A stretch of 64,000 bases of DNA from an uncultured Candidatus Bathyarchaeia archaeon (GCA_964491605.1 CAZBGY010000001.1:99461-163460); one strand, 5' to 3'; numbered from the stretch's first letter, positions 1 through 9,342 are shown. Numbers and translations are program-made. The notes: a model not told the origin generated them from the sequence alone.

Positions 1-213
1 AACGATGAGGGCGTAGTCACTTATGCATCGATAGCTCCTCCTACGTGTCAAAATGCGGCTAATATCGAAGTTGATCTATTGGAATACCTTAAAGACTATC
101 TGGATAGAAGTGACGAAGAGATAGCTCATAGAAGTGAGATGCTTGTCAGAGCATACGATCCATGCATCTCTTGTGCAACACACTTACTAGAAGTTAAGAT
201 ATCGAGGATGTAG
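1..213 (+). CDS. [NiFe] hydrogenase large subunit, C-terminal part (5' truncated by window; group 3-like)
   Basis: Frame 1 translates to ...IAPPTCQN...EMLVRAYDPCISCATHLLEVKISRM*: L2 motif DPCxxCxxH plus a short C-terminal extension. Not in the ORF track. Confidence 0.9.
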   Translation, partial: NDEGVVTYASIAPPTCQNAANIEVDLLEYLKDYLDRSDEEIAHRSEMLVRAYDPCISCATHLLEVKISRM

Positions 214-215
214 GC

Positions 216-1157
216 TTATTCGAAGTATGGTTTTCTTCTAGCTATAGCTTCTAGAAAAAGCTTTTTGATATATTCCTCATTCGCTCCGTTTCTTAGAGCT
301 GATACCACATCTACATGGTTATCATAACGTAGTAGGCATGGTTTAAGTTCACCTCTAGATGTAACTCTTAATCGATCACAGTATCTACAGAATTCAGGAT
401 TATGCATCGGCTTCACAAGCTCTACCTCCACACCTTCAGGTAGAATATACCTAGGTCTGCTATGAACATCTCTGTAATACCTACCTATAGCAATCCTAGA
501 TAGAAGCTCTTCCACCCTATCTAAAGGCGTGTGAAGTCTGCTATATACTTCTTCATCTACCACTCCAGCTCTCTCCAGCTCTATAACCTGTAATACCGCT
601 CCCACTCTAGCAGCATACCTTGCTAGATCCAAAACCTCATTTTCGTTCATCCCTCTTAATAGAACCATATTAATTTTAACAGGGTTTAACCCCGCATCGA
701 TAGCGGCTTTAACACCATCTAAAACTCTAGGTAGCAGATCGAAACCTGTAATCATACTGTAGATACTCCTATTCAACGTATTAACTGTAACATTTACACG
801 TTTTAAACCGGCTTCTGCAAGTTCATACGCATAATCTGATAGTAATACACCATTAGTAGTCATCGAAATCTCCTCTACATCTTTCAAGCTATGTATCGAA
901 GATACTAAATCAATTATATCCTTTCTTAGAAGAGGCTCTCCTCCTGTAAGTTTAACTTTATTTAATCCAAGCTCAACTCCGACGCCTACGATAGATAAAA
1001 TTTCATCGAGACTAACCTCATTCTTCCCGCTCCTACCGTAAACCTCACCCTCCCTATGGCAATATATGCATCTAAGGTTACACTCGCTTGTAACCGCTAT
1101 CCTAAGGGTAGATAGTTGCCGTCCATATCCATCTACTACAGGCAAATATTCAGACAC
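216..1157 (-). CDS. moaA: GTP 3',8-cyclase (molybdenum cofactor biosynthesis, radical SAM)
   Basis: LRIAVTSECNLRCIYCH, LTGGEPLLR, C-terminal FCRYCDRLRVT...LKPCL. Confidence 0.95.
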   Translation of the reverse strand: MSEYLPVVDGYGRQLSTLRIAVTSECNLRCIYCHREGEVYGRSGKNEVSLDEILSIVGVGVELGLNKVKLTGGEPLLRKDIIDLVSSIHSLKDVEEISMTTNGVLLSDYAYELAEAGLKRVNVTVNTLNRSIYSMITGFDLLPRVLDGVKAAIDAGLNPVKINMVLLRGMNENEVLDLARYAARVGAVLQVIELERAGVVDEEVYSRLHTPLDRVEELLSRIAIGRYYRDVHSRPRYILPEGVEVELVKPMHNPEFCRYCDRLRVTSRGELKPCLLRYDNHVDVVSALRNGANEEYIKKLFLEAIARRKPYFE

Positions 1158-1709
1158 CGCTTATAATCAGAATCCTTTCTGAAGCTTAAATGTTATACTG
1201 ATCGCTTAACCCAGCTCGGATTTTAAACATTGTTGATCGTGACGGCTATACCCCTAACCTTCGACGCTAAACATACCTGCAATACTAATGTTAATTCATG
1301 GGGATGACTTACTATACTGACGATAGAAAGATAGTTTATAGTTCGCTGGTATGTAGTGGTAGCTGTTAATTGATGATGAAATGTATCTGGGGAGTTTGGA
1401 GTGTAACGCTATTCAATTTTCAGATATTATGAAGATTTTAGTGGATGTTTTATCCATAAGTAGCCATAATTTAATTGATGATAATAGTTTCTGATAAATT
1501 TTAGATAAGTACATAGCAAATATTATCATACACATTTATAATGAAATATAAATTATACCAATTTAATTTAGTTTAATAATTAAGAATTTGCAATATTTAT
1601 ATTGATTTTAAACTTTAAATCTATTATTCCATTTATATATCTTAGTTCATCCTACCGGAAAGCTAATATAGCGCTCATAGGGGTTTGGTAGCTTGAGGCT
1701 GAAATAGTT

Positions 1710-2051
1710 ATGTCTGTATCGTTTAAAGCTATCGTAGTCGGTAAGAACCTTGAGAAGCTGCCTAACGGGGAGGAGGTTGTACGTATAGATTTAGCTGAGG
1801 AGAAGCCTGCTACCCCACCTATAATTATGGATACTAGTAGGTTGGAGCAATCCGAGATTGCTAGGGAGGTTCTACCTGTAGTAAGTCAGGTTTTATCATC
1901 TCTACCTATATCTCGTGCTATGATAAGAGTTCCTAGGGTTACGCTTATACTTATGAGGGATGAATGGGATCAACTGCAATTTAAGCCTGATCTAGGTGAT
2001 GAGTTAACCGTGACGATAGTTGGAGATGATATCCGTATCTCTAGATCTTAA
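1710..2051 (+). CDS. Arcadin-1 family protein
   Basis: 113 aa; VVGK..P.G...VRID..EEK, REVLPVVSQV..SLP, VPRVTL.L, D.GD resemble Pyrobaculum arcadin-1 as recalled. Confidence 0.8.
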   Translation: MSVSFKAIVVGKNLEKLPNGEEVVRIDLAEEKPATPPIIMDTSRLEQSEIAREVLPVVSQVLSSLPISRAMIRVPRVTLILMRDEWDQLQFKPDLGDELTVTIVGDDIRISRS

Positions 2052-2469
2052 GGATATAGAGATGTGGATGAATCTTCATCCATTTACGTTCATCGAATGT
2101 ATAGCCCGATTCTCCCTCGGTTAAAGGTCTTATGAGGAGTAGTGCGCTAATCCTACGGGCTAGGATCTCTACATACGGTATAAGCTCTGGTGGTGGCCTG
2201 ATCGAGTATACGATCTCAACACCGTCATAATTATCGATCTTCATCTTCGTTACATCGTCTAACTTAACTTCCAGATCCGGGCATACCGATCGTATATAAT
2301 CTAAAGCTCTTTGATCTTTATCTACGATTATCACTCTAGCAAATGGTATACGCTTCTTAATATTATATGCTATCCAGGGGTTGAACCCGGCTCCAATCTC
2401 TACGATAGCTCCCCTACCGCTATATAGTTTAGCTATGGCTTCGACGATATCGTATGTATCCGGTAGCAT
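2041..2469 (-). CDS. UPF0146 family protein (methyltransferase-like fold)
   Basis: IVEIGAG, DDV, IVYSIRPPPEL motifs. Confidence 0.85.
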   Translation of the reverse strand: MLPDTYDIVEAIAKLYSGRGAIVEIGAGFNPWIAYNIKKRIPFARVIIVDKDQRALDYIRSVCPDLEVKLDDVTKMKIDNYDGVEIVYSIRPPPELIPYVEILARRISALLLIRPLTEGESGYTFDERKWMKIHPHLYILKI

Positions 2470-2591
2470 CTCGTACCTCTCTGATTGTTACTATGAAACT
2501 CAGCCTTCTTAAAACCTAATCCTAACACTGATGTATCTGTATATTCTTTATCCCTATCTGGTATGGCTATGTTTAAACGACTGCCTTCCTA

Positions 2592-2996
2592 TTAAAGGTA
2601 CTCTTTTAGCTTATGTATTAGGAGGAATTCAGGTTTTATACCTGTTTTTATAGCCTCATCCATGGATATGGTATACGTTTTCTCATGTTCTTTGAAATAT
2701 TTTGGATGTATAAGTAGCCAATCTTTATCTGATCTTTTAAATTTAACTGCTATATATGGTATAGCTCCGAATGTTTCGGAGAATCTTACTAACTGATTTA
2801 TGCTTTCCTTCTTTATATAGATCGTTTTCTTAGATGTCGTTTTCACTTCGATCGCTACGATTAAGCCTTTATATCCGGCTATTATATCGGGTCGATCAAT
2901 CTTTGTTCCACTACCCGAGCTTGGGGCTCTAACCACGGCGAATCCGAGCTTAGATAATCTGCGAGCTAGAAGCCTCTCGTAATCTACCCCCCTCAT
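2592..2996 (-). CDS. hjc: Holliday junction resolvase
   Basis: G..YER, GFAVVRAPSSGS, PDIIA, IEVK (PD-(D/E)xK), AVKF. Confidence 0.92.
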   Translation of the reverse strand: MRGVDYERLLARRLSKLGFAVVRAPSSGSGTKIDRPDIIAGYKGLIVAIEVKTTSKKTIYIKKESINQLVRFSETFGAIPYIAVKFKRSDKDWLLIHPKYFKEHEKTYTISMDEAIKTGIKPEFLLIHKLKEYL

Positions 2997-3053
2997 AAGG
3001 CTAAGAATAAAATATGTGTTTGGTAAGGTTTAAAAATATCCTAGGAGTTCTAT

Positions 3054-5510
3054 CTAGCCTAGTTCTTTAGCCCATTCAGGTTTAAAGAAAGGTTTCTCTG
3101 CTTCGGTTCTCTCCCTCAGGTTTCTAAGCTCTTCTAATAGTATCTTCTGCTCTATGCTAGCTACGAGTAGTCTCGTCTCTATTACCTTATCTGGGTTTAC
3201 GGAGATGCTCGTCGCTCCCTCCCTTACTAGGAATTCTACCACTTCAGGATAGTTAGATGGAGCTTGTCCGCATATGCTTGTAGTAACTCCATGCCTCCTA
3301 CAGATTCTTATAACATGGCTTAAAGCTCTCAGTACGGCTAGATTTCTCTCATCATATATTTCCTGGACTGCTGCATCATCCCTATCTATACCGAGTATTA
3401 ACATGGTGAGATCGTTCGTACCGAAGCTTACACCATCTATTCCCTCCTCTATGAACTTATCTATCAATAGGACTGTGCTCGGTACCTCTACCATTATCCA
3501 TACCTTGAAATCCGGGCCTCTGACCAACCCCTCCTCCTCCATGATCTTCTTAGCTAGGCTTAACTCCTCGACTCTCCTAACAAACGGTATCATAACCCAT
3601 ACATTCTTAAGTCCATACTCATCTCTAACCTTCTTTATAGCTTTACATTCAAGCCTGAATATATCCGGCTCCTTTATATACCTGAAAGCCCCCCTATAAC
3701 CTATCAACGGGTTAGGTCCTACATGTCCTGCTTCTCTCTCATATTTCTCTCCACCGGGTAGAGCCAAGAATTCATCAGGTTTGAAATCGAGGAATCTGTA
3801 AACGACAGGTTTAGGATAGAAGGCTTGAGCTACCATCCTTATACCTTCGGCGAAAGCATCTATCATACGCTGTTCTCCTCCTTCCTCGATAAGCAGCCTT
3901 GGATGTTTACCTACACTAAGCATTAGATGCTCAGCTCTTAGAAGACCTACACCATCCGCCTGAGTTTCAGCAGCTATCTTCTCAGCTACATCTGGTATGG
4001 ATATATTCACATAGATTTTAGTAGCCGTGATCGGCATATGTGTGGCTAATACCCCGGCAGCCGGTACGGTAGGCGTGGTAGGCGCTACAGCTGGTGCCGC
4101 TGGTTTAGCTAGCTCCTCGATTATACCTTCATATATCACTCCTGTTTTAGCGTCGACTGTATAGTATCCTTCGTTAACTAAGGTTTGAGTAGCATTCTTC
4201 GTACCTACTATACACGGTATCCCGAGCTCTCTAGATACTATCGCGGCATGGCATGTCATCCCGCCTTCATCGGTTACTATAGCTCCGGCTATCCTCATGT
4301 AAGGAACCCAATCCGGGTTCGTCATCTTGGTAACTAGTATATCGCCTTTCTCCATAACCTTTGCAGCTTCTTCATGTGTCAGAGCTATCTTAACCCTACC
4401 CGCATATACACCCGGACTAGCTGGTAAACCTTTAAGGACGACTTTTCGTTCAACCGTAACTTTAGGTCTCTCAACGGCTTCAACCTCTTCCCTAGGCTTA
4501 ACGCTCCATACTGTTTCAGGTCTCGATTGAACTATGAATATATTCTCTGGGAATGGTAGATCCCTATCTACAGCGAATTCTATATCCTGCGGGGTACCGT
4601 AGTGATCTTCTATCCTCTTACCGAGTTTAGCGAGATACTTAACCTCTTCATCCGTTAAGCTCGGTTTACTCCTCCTCTCAGGAGGTACTTCGAGATGGAC
4701 TGTTTTACCGGTTTTAGGATCACGTATATACTCGACTGTTTTCTCAGCTATCTCCTTCTCCACTATCTCAAACGTATTCTTATCGACTATGAAGCGATCC
4801 GGTGTCACAGATCCAGATACTATAGCCTCACCGAGACCCCATACAGATTCTATAACAATCTTACTCCTATCACCTGTCACGGGATGTATAGTGAACATTA
4901 CGCCTGCGGATCTGCTGTTAACCATCTTCTGGACGGCTACGCTTATCAGTACGCGTTCATGAGCAAACCCCTTCTGGCTCCTATAGAATATAGCTCTAGG
5001 AGTGAATAAGCTTGACCAGCATTTCTGTACATACTTTACAACTTCATCTTCTCCTCTAACATTCAGATATGTCTCCTGCTGTCCTGCGAAGCTAGCATCG
5101 GGCAGATCCTCAGCCGTAGCAGATGATCTGACGGCTACGAATACAGCATCCGTACCCACTCTCTTACATAACTCCCTATAATACTCGATTATAGCTCTAC
5201 GTATATCTTCAGGCATCTCCACAGATTCTATCAGAGCTCTAACTCTACGTGAAGCTTCTTCATACTGTGTAGGATCCCTAGGATCTTTTATCACCTCCCT
5301 GAGTATATCGTAGATCTTACTCGCTATACCTGTATCCTCTATGAACTTCCTATATGCGTAAGCCGTGACGGCGAATCCTGGAGGTACCGGTATACCCGCA
5401 TTTATCATCTCCCCTAGATTAGCATTCTTACCCCCTACCAGCCCTACATCCCTCTTATTCAGCTCCTCAAACCACAATGTTAGAGCGGTCTCTTTACCCA
5501 TAGATTTCAC
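3054..5510 (-). CDS. ppsA: Phosphoenolpyruvate synthase (pyruvate, water dikinase)
   Basis: VGGKNANLGEM, VRSSATAEDLPDASFAGQQ, GGMTCHAAIVSRELG, SFGTNDLT, SICGQAPS. Confidence 0.97.
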   Translation of the reverse strand: MKSMGKETALTLWFEELNKRDVGLVGGKNANLGEMINAGIPVPPGFAVTAYAYRKFIEDTGIASKIYDILREVIKDPRDPTQYEEASRRVRALIESVEMPEDIRRAIIEYYRELCKRVGTDAVFVAVRSSATAEDLPDASFAGQQETYLNVRGEDEVVKYVQKCWSSLFTPRAIFYRSQKGFAHERVLISVAVQKMVNSRSAGVMFTIHPVTGDRSKIVIESVWGLGEAIVSGSVTPDRFIVDKNTFEIVEKEIAEKTVEYIRDPKTGKTVHLEVPPERRSKPSLTDEEVKYLAKLGKRIEDHYGTPQDIEFAVDRDLPFPENIFIVQSRPETVWSVKPREEVEAVERPKVTVERKVVLKGLPASPGVYAGRVKIALTHEEAAKVMEKGDILVTKMTNPDWVPYMRIAGAIVTDEGGMTCHAAIVSRELGIPCIVGTKNATQTLVNEGYYTVDAKTGVIYEGIIEELAKPAAPAVAPTTPTVPAAGVLATHMPITATKIYVNISIPDVAEKIAAETQADGVGLLRAEHLMLSVGKHPRLLIEEGGEQRMIDAFAEGIRMVAQAFYPKPVVYRFLDFKPDEFLALPGGEKYEREAGHVGPNPLIGYRGAFRYIKEPDIFRLECKAIKKVRDEYGLKNVWVMIPFVRRVEELSLAKKIMEEEGLVRGPDFKVWIMVEVPSTVLLIDKFIEEGIDGVSFGTNDLTMLILGIDRDDAAVQEIYDERNLAVLRALSHVIRICRRHGVTTSICGQAPSNYPEVVEFLVREGATSISVNPDKVIETRLLVASIEQKILLEELRNLRERTEAEKPFFKPEWAKELG

Positions 5511-5628
5511 CCTATACTTGATATTCCTCGAGACGTTATAGTCTAGACTATAAATCAGTCATATTTTAACATTACGATAAGAGGTGCGGCGATGCGTGAC
5601 GGATAAAACCCTAATCTAGCTTACAGAG

Positions 5629-6912
5629 TTAGGATGATCCTGATAGGTAATTCTGGATCCTCTGCTGGTAAAGTTCACGTTTCAGTAGATGGCTATGCTC
5701 TATCCATGTTTTCAAAGGCACCTCAAGCCTCTCTGAGATCCTAGATAAAACTTCCTCTATACCTTGGAATGCTAAAGGCCTCCTCCTCAGAGCGTTACGT
5801 ACATGTTCTCTTACATGCCATACACCTACAGGCATTATATATCCTGGATGGATCTCCCTCAATATCAAGACGGATGCCTGGCGTCTGATCGATTCAAGAT
5901 ATTCTAAGACCGCAAGTCTTGCAGCATAGTAGCATCCGCCAATCATAGCGTAACTCCTCCTGCCATGATATCCCTCCCAATCCCCCTCTATAACGGGTAT
6001 CTTACCATCTTGGTTCCATATGGTTTTCGGATACCATGCCTCTATGGATTCATAACTCCAAAAGCTAGGTATCATCAGAATCTCAAACCTGTTATCAAGA
6101 TATACTGATTCGAAGAGTAGATATGTAGAGATAGGTGGATAGCGTTTAACATTTTCGAGGAGTCTCTCGGATATGATAGAATCCACAGCTGTTATGCTCC
6201 ATCTAGTCGGGACTAATCTACGATTCGATCCTATACCGAATACCCCTAGACTGAAAGCTTTCTGTATAGAGCTCACAGGAACACCTGATCTATATAGATC
6301 GAAGACAGCATCCGTGGCTTTAAGATCCCTATCATAGTATACCTTCTCCATACGTCTATCTACGTAAATGTTTCCCTCCACCCTAACCTTCGATATAGGT
6401 GCAGATACACCTAATGGTTGTACTTCATCGTCTAGAATTAAGGAAGTTTTAGGCTTTCTAGCTAGGTTAACCTCTAGATCAACCGGCTTCCTAGACATAG
6501 CCAGTTCTTGAAGCGTGAGTAGAAGCTCATCAGGTTTAGAAGCTGAATATACGTGTACAGGTTTCTCCCCTCTGAGAAGTATACTACGAAACCTAACTAT
6601 ATCCTCTATAGACATTCCAAACCAGTATTCAGGTGTATCGAGTATCCGTGTATCGCCTCTGAAAGGTGGTGTTAAAGGACCGACATACACCTTAGGATAC
6701 CCGAATCTACCTACAAAAACGCCTGGAGGGGATGATCCCGTAATATCCAGCCTATCAAAATATCTCACTGCCTCGTACATGATATTAGCCCTAACGACTA
6801 TAGGGCATCTACTCTTACCACAGAGTAGATGTGCACCCTTACATAAAACACATAGCCTACTAGACTTCTTAACATCGGTAAATCTTTCATCGGCATCGAA
6901 AAGCCAGTTCAT
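5629..6912 (-). CDS. nreA: Nre family DNA repair protein (DUF650/DUF651)
   Basis: N-terminal CxxCKG..LCG...CP, GSSPPGVFVGRFGYPKV, LVPTRWSITAVD, GGCYYAARL, C-terminal PIP-like QQRIQNYL. Confidence 0.9.
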   Translation of the reverse strand: MNWLFDADERFTDVKKSSRLCVLCKGAHLLCGKSRCPIVVRANIMYEAVRYFDRLDITGSSPPGVFVGRFGYPKVYVGPLTPPFRGDTRILDTPEYWFGMSIEDIVRFRSILLRGEKPVHVYSASKPDELLLTLQELAMSRKPVDLEVNLARKPKTSLILDDEVQPLGVSAPISKVRVEGNIYVDRRMEKVYYDRDLKATDAVFDLYRSGVPVSSIQKAFSLGVFGIGSNRRLVPTRWSITAVDSIISERLLENVKRYPPISTYLLFESVYLDNRFEILMIPSFWSYESIEAWYPKTIWNQDGKIPVIEGDWEGYHGRRSYAMIGGCYYAARLAVLEYLESIRRQASVLILREIHPGYIMPVGVWHVREHVRNALRRRPLAFQGIEEVLSRISERLEVPLKTWIEHSHLLKRELYQQRIQNYLSGSS

Positions 6913-7119
6913 ATCCTAACTTTAAACCGCTCGGCTATGAAGTATTATGTTATCCTCGATATTAATATTTACAGCTAGTATACGCAGATCGCGATTCAAG
7001 TTTAAATATGTTAACCTACGAAACTCCCATCAAGTGATATATCTTAGGAATATGGCGGTATAACTAACCCAGTCAACTTACTCACAGCTTAAAACCTATC
7101 ACATGGTAGCGTAGATAGA

Positions 7120-7143
7120 GCCGGGCGGGGGATTTGAACCCCC
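7120..7143 (-). repeat. Imperfect 24-nt direct repeat of the tRNA-Met 3' end (T-arm plus acceptor strand)
   Basis: gccgggcgggggatttgaaccccc (7120-7143) vs gccgggcgggggcttcgaaccccc (7153-7176): 22/24 identical. Confidence 0.9.
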
Positions 7144-7151
7144 TGAACCGA

Positions 7152-7287
7152 TGCCGGGCGGGGGCTTCGAACCCCCGACTTCTGGTAGCCTCATTCTTCC
7201 GATGAGCCATCTCCAGATTATGAGTCTCGCCTCACACCCTTCTGTAGATTGAAGGTCTGGCGCTCTAACCGGCTGAGCTAGCCCGGC
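7152..7287 (-). tRNA. tRNA-Met (CAT, elongator-type) with two introns (7226-7256 at 30/31; 7180-7210 at 45/46)
   Basis: Removing both introns gives a clean cloverleaf: GCCGGGC TA GCTCAGCCGGTTAGAGC G CCAGA CTCATAA TCTGG AGGTC GGGGG TTCGAAG CCCCC GCCCGGC A. Confidence 0.9.
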
Positions 7288-7317
7288 TTCCCTAACGTTA
7301 TTTAGGCTTCCCGGGTA

Positions 7318-7330
7318 ATATTAAGTTTTT
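7318..7330 (-). promoter_or_regulatory. Putative BRE/TATA promoter of tRNA-Met
   Basis: Minus strand AAAAACTTAATAT about 30-40 nt upstream of the mature 5' end. Confidence 0.5.
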
Positions 7331-7426
7331 ACGGGTATCCGCTAGCGTAAACTTCCATGAGCTGTGTAAAGCTCATATATCATACGGTATATATTAAGGT
7401 ATATGTATATTCCTGCGTCGGTTATA

Positions 7427-7454
7427 TGAGTATTACTCAGTAAACATTATATAT
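7427..7454 (+). promoter_or_regulatory. Palindrome TGAGTA-T-TACTCA abutting a putative BRE/TATA (GTAAACATTATATAT)
   Basis: Perfect 6-bp inverted repeat directly upstream of a TATA-like element about 45 nt before the ATG at 7496. Confidence 0.4.
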
Positions 7455-7495
7455 CTGGTTACACTTTTTTATAGGTTGCGAGGTTTACATAGCCT

Positions 7496-8668
7496 ATGAA
7501 GGAGTTCAATGTTGATTACCTAGGGTTCGAGCTGGATCCTAAGGATATAACGATAGTGGATTCTACGCTTAGGGAGGGTGAGCAGGCTGCTGGTGTCGCA
7601 TTAACTTTAGGTGAAAAGCTACGGATAGCTATTTACGATGACGAGGTAGGATTGGATTTCGTAGAGGTATTCACAGGATATGGGGATAGGGAGAGAGTAC
7701 TTCTAGAAGGAATTAAAGGGTTGGGATTGAGAAATGTTAGGATTCAGGTTTGGAATAGGCTTAGGAAGAGTGATATAGATCTATGTTTAAAGTATGACTT
7801 TGAATGGGTATCCATCACAGCTGGCTTCTCTGATATACATCTTAAAAGTAAGTTTAGGTGCAGCTTCGAGGATCTTTTATGCTCATGTTTAGAGCTTATA
7901 TCCTATTGTAGGGAGCATGGGTTAAAGATCTCACTTCATCTAGAAGATTCTACTAGAACGCCTATGGATCGATTAGTGAAGATATTATCTGAGGTGGACG
8001 TGGACCGAGTTAGGGATTGCGATACTGTAAGCGTACTCATACCTATAGCCGCTTATAACAGGATGAGGGTACTGGTAGAGAATGCTAGAGGTATACCTAT
8101 AGAAGTACACTATCATAACGATAGAGGGTTAGCCTTAGCTAATACTATCTCGGCTATACTTGCAGGAGCTTCATCTATATCCGCTACTTGGAATGGTTTA
8201 GGTGATAAAGCCGGGAATGCCGCGTTAGATGAAGTGCTTCTACTCATATACGAGCTATACGGAGAGGATAAGTTTAACCTCTCTAAAGCTGTAGAAGCCA
8301 GTCTCTACGTAGCTGAAGCCTCCCGTATACCTCTATACAGGTTCAAACCTGTATCTGGGCGTGATGTATTCTCCGTGCAATCCGGTATCCATCAGGATGG
8401 TATACTGAAGGATCCTGAAACTTACCAGCCATACCCACCTAAACTTGTGGGAAGAGATTGGAATATAGTTCTAGGCGTAACCTCAGGTACGCATGGATTA
8501 TCATATCTCCTAGCTAGGAGAGGGTATAAGCTACCTGAAGATGATGAAAAAGTTAGAGAGATATTAGCATACGCTAAAACTGTAGCTGAGAATAAGAAGA
8601 GCTATCTCGATGAGGATGATCTAGATAGAATAGCTAGAAGATTCAACCTTGAAGTCATATCTAAATAG
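7496..8668 (+). CDS. Homocitrate/isopropylmalate synthase family (DRE-TIM metallolyase) without C-terminal regulatory domain
   Basis: DSTLREGEQ, HYHNDRGLALAN, NGLGDKAGNA, SGIHQDG. Confidence 0.85.
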   Translation: MKEFNVDYLGFELDPKDITIVDSTLREGEQAAGVALTLGEKLRIAIYDDEVGLDFVEVFTGYGDRERVLLEGIKGLGLRNVRIQVWNRLRKSDIDLCLKYDFEWVSITAGFSDIHLKSKFRCSFEDLLCSCLELISYCREHGLKISLHLEDSTRTPMDRLVKILSEVDVDRVRDCDTVSVLIPIAAYNRMRVLVENARGIPIEVHYHNDRGLALANTISAILAGASSISATWNGLGDKAGNAALDEVLLLIYELYGEDKFNLSKAVEASLYVAEASRIPLYRFKPVSGRDVFSVQSGIHQDGILKDPETYQPYPPKLVGRDWNIVLGVTSGTHGLSYLLARRGYKLPEDDEKVREILAYAKTVAENKKSYLDEDDLDRIARRFNLEVISK

Positions 8669-8730
8669 ATCAGCTTCGACGTGAAACCTGCAAGTAGGAT
8701 CGATAGGCTACCCAGAGTTTACTTTACCAT

Positions 8731-9231
8731 TCAAATAGATGCTCTGATGGCTTTAGATACCTCCCAGATTTTATCGCCTACATAGTGTATATTCTTGACG
8801 GCTTTTCCTCTACTCATCGATTCGATAGCTTCGCTATCCCTTAAAGCTATGCCTAACGCAATAGTTTTACCATACTTTTCATCGCAGACCGCTACTAGAT
8901 CTCCCTCATGGAATGTTCCATCGATCTTAACTATACCTGGGGCCATAACATCTGCACCTCTACATACATATGGGATAGCGCCTTGATCCACTACGATACG
9001 TGGCAGGATGTTTATAGCTTCATCGAAAAGCAATGTAGGATACAGTTTGCCATCTACCTTGAATAGGAGGGGTCTCCCATCTATGATGTATATCGATACA
9101 TCATCGAATTCCGTTACCTCGAACCTCCTTACCCTAAGATCTATCCTAAGATTAAACCTAGCTCTCAGCTCCTCTAATAATCGATCCCCCTCCCTTCGTC
9201 TTATATCCCTTCTCTTTAATCGCATATACAT
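8731..9231 (-). CDS. PUA-domain RNA-binding protein (DUF1947 + PUA)
   Basis: YPTL, VVDQGAIPYVCRGADVMAPGI, GKAVKNIHYVGD.IW. Confidence 0.9.
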   Translation of the reverse strand: MYMRLKRRDIRRREGDRLLEELRARFNLRIDLRVRRFEVTEFDDVSIYIIDGRPLLFKVDGKLYPTLLFDEAINILPRIVVDQGAIPYVCRGADVMAPGIVKIDGTFHEGDLVAVCDEKYGKTIALGIALRDSEAIESMSRGKAVKNIHYVGDKIWEVSKAIRASI

Positions 9232-9342
9232 CTAGGATATACCGACACACCGTTTTAACGTTTTTCACTGTATGGATCTCGAGATGACCGGTATGGATGA
9301 TTAAAGGAAAAGTTTTAAAGGAGATAACCGTCTGCTTCTAAA

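Noticed and set aside
1158-1709. Replication origin or C/D sRNA (TGATGA and CTGA words present)
   Set aside because: No ORB repeats, no cdc6, and no convincing box spacing or guide. Such words are expected in AT-rich DNA.
3274-5009. Antisense ORFs inside ppsA, and the many similar shadow ORFs in the track
   Set aside because: They lie opposite well-conserved genes, are Ser/Ile/Leu-rich and carry no motifs.
7120-7176. Third intron in the T-arm, or a split-tRNA half
   Set aside because: No BHB motif joins the two copies, the second copy has a non-Met discriminator, and there is no complementary leader for trans-splicing.
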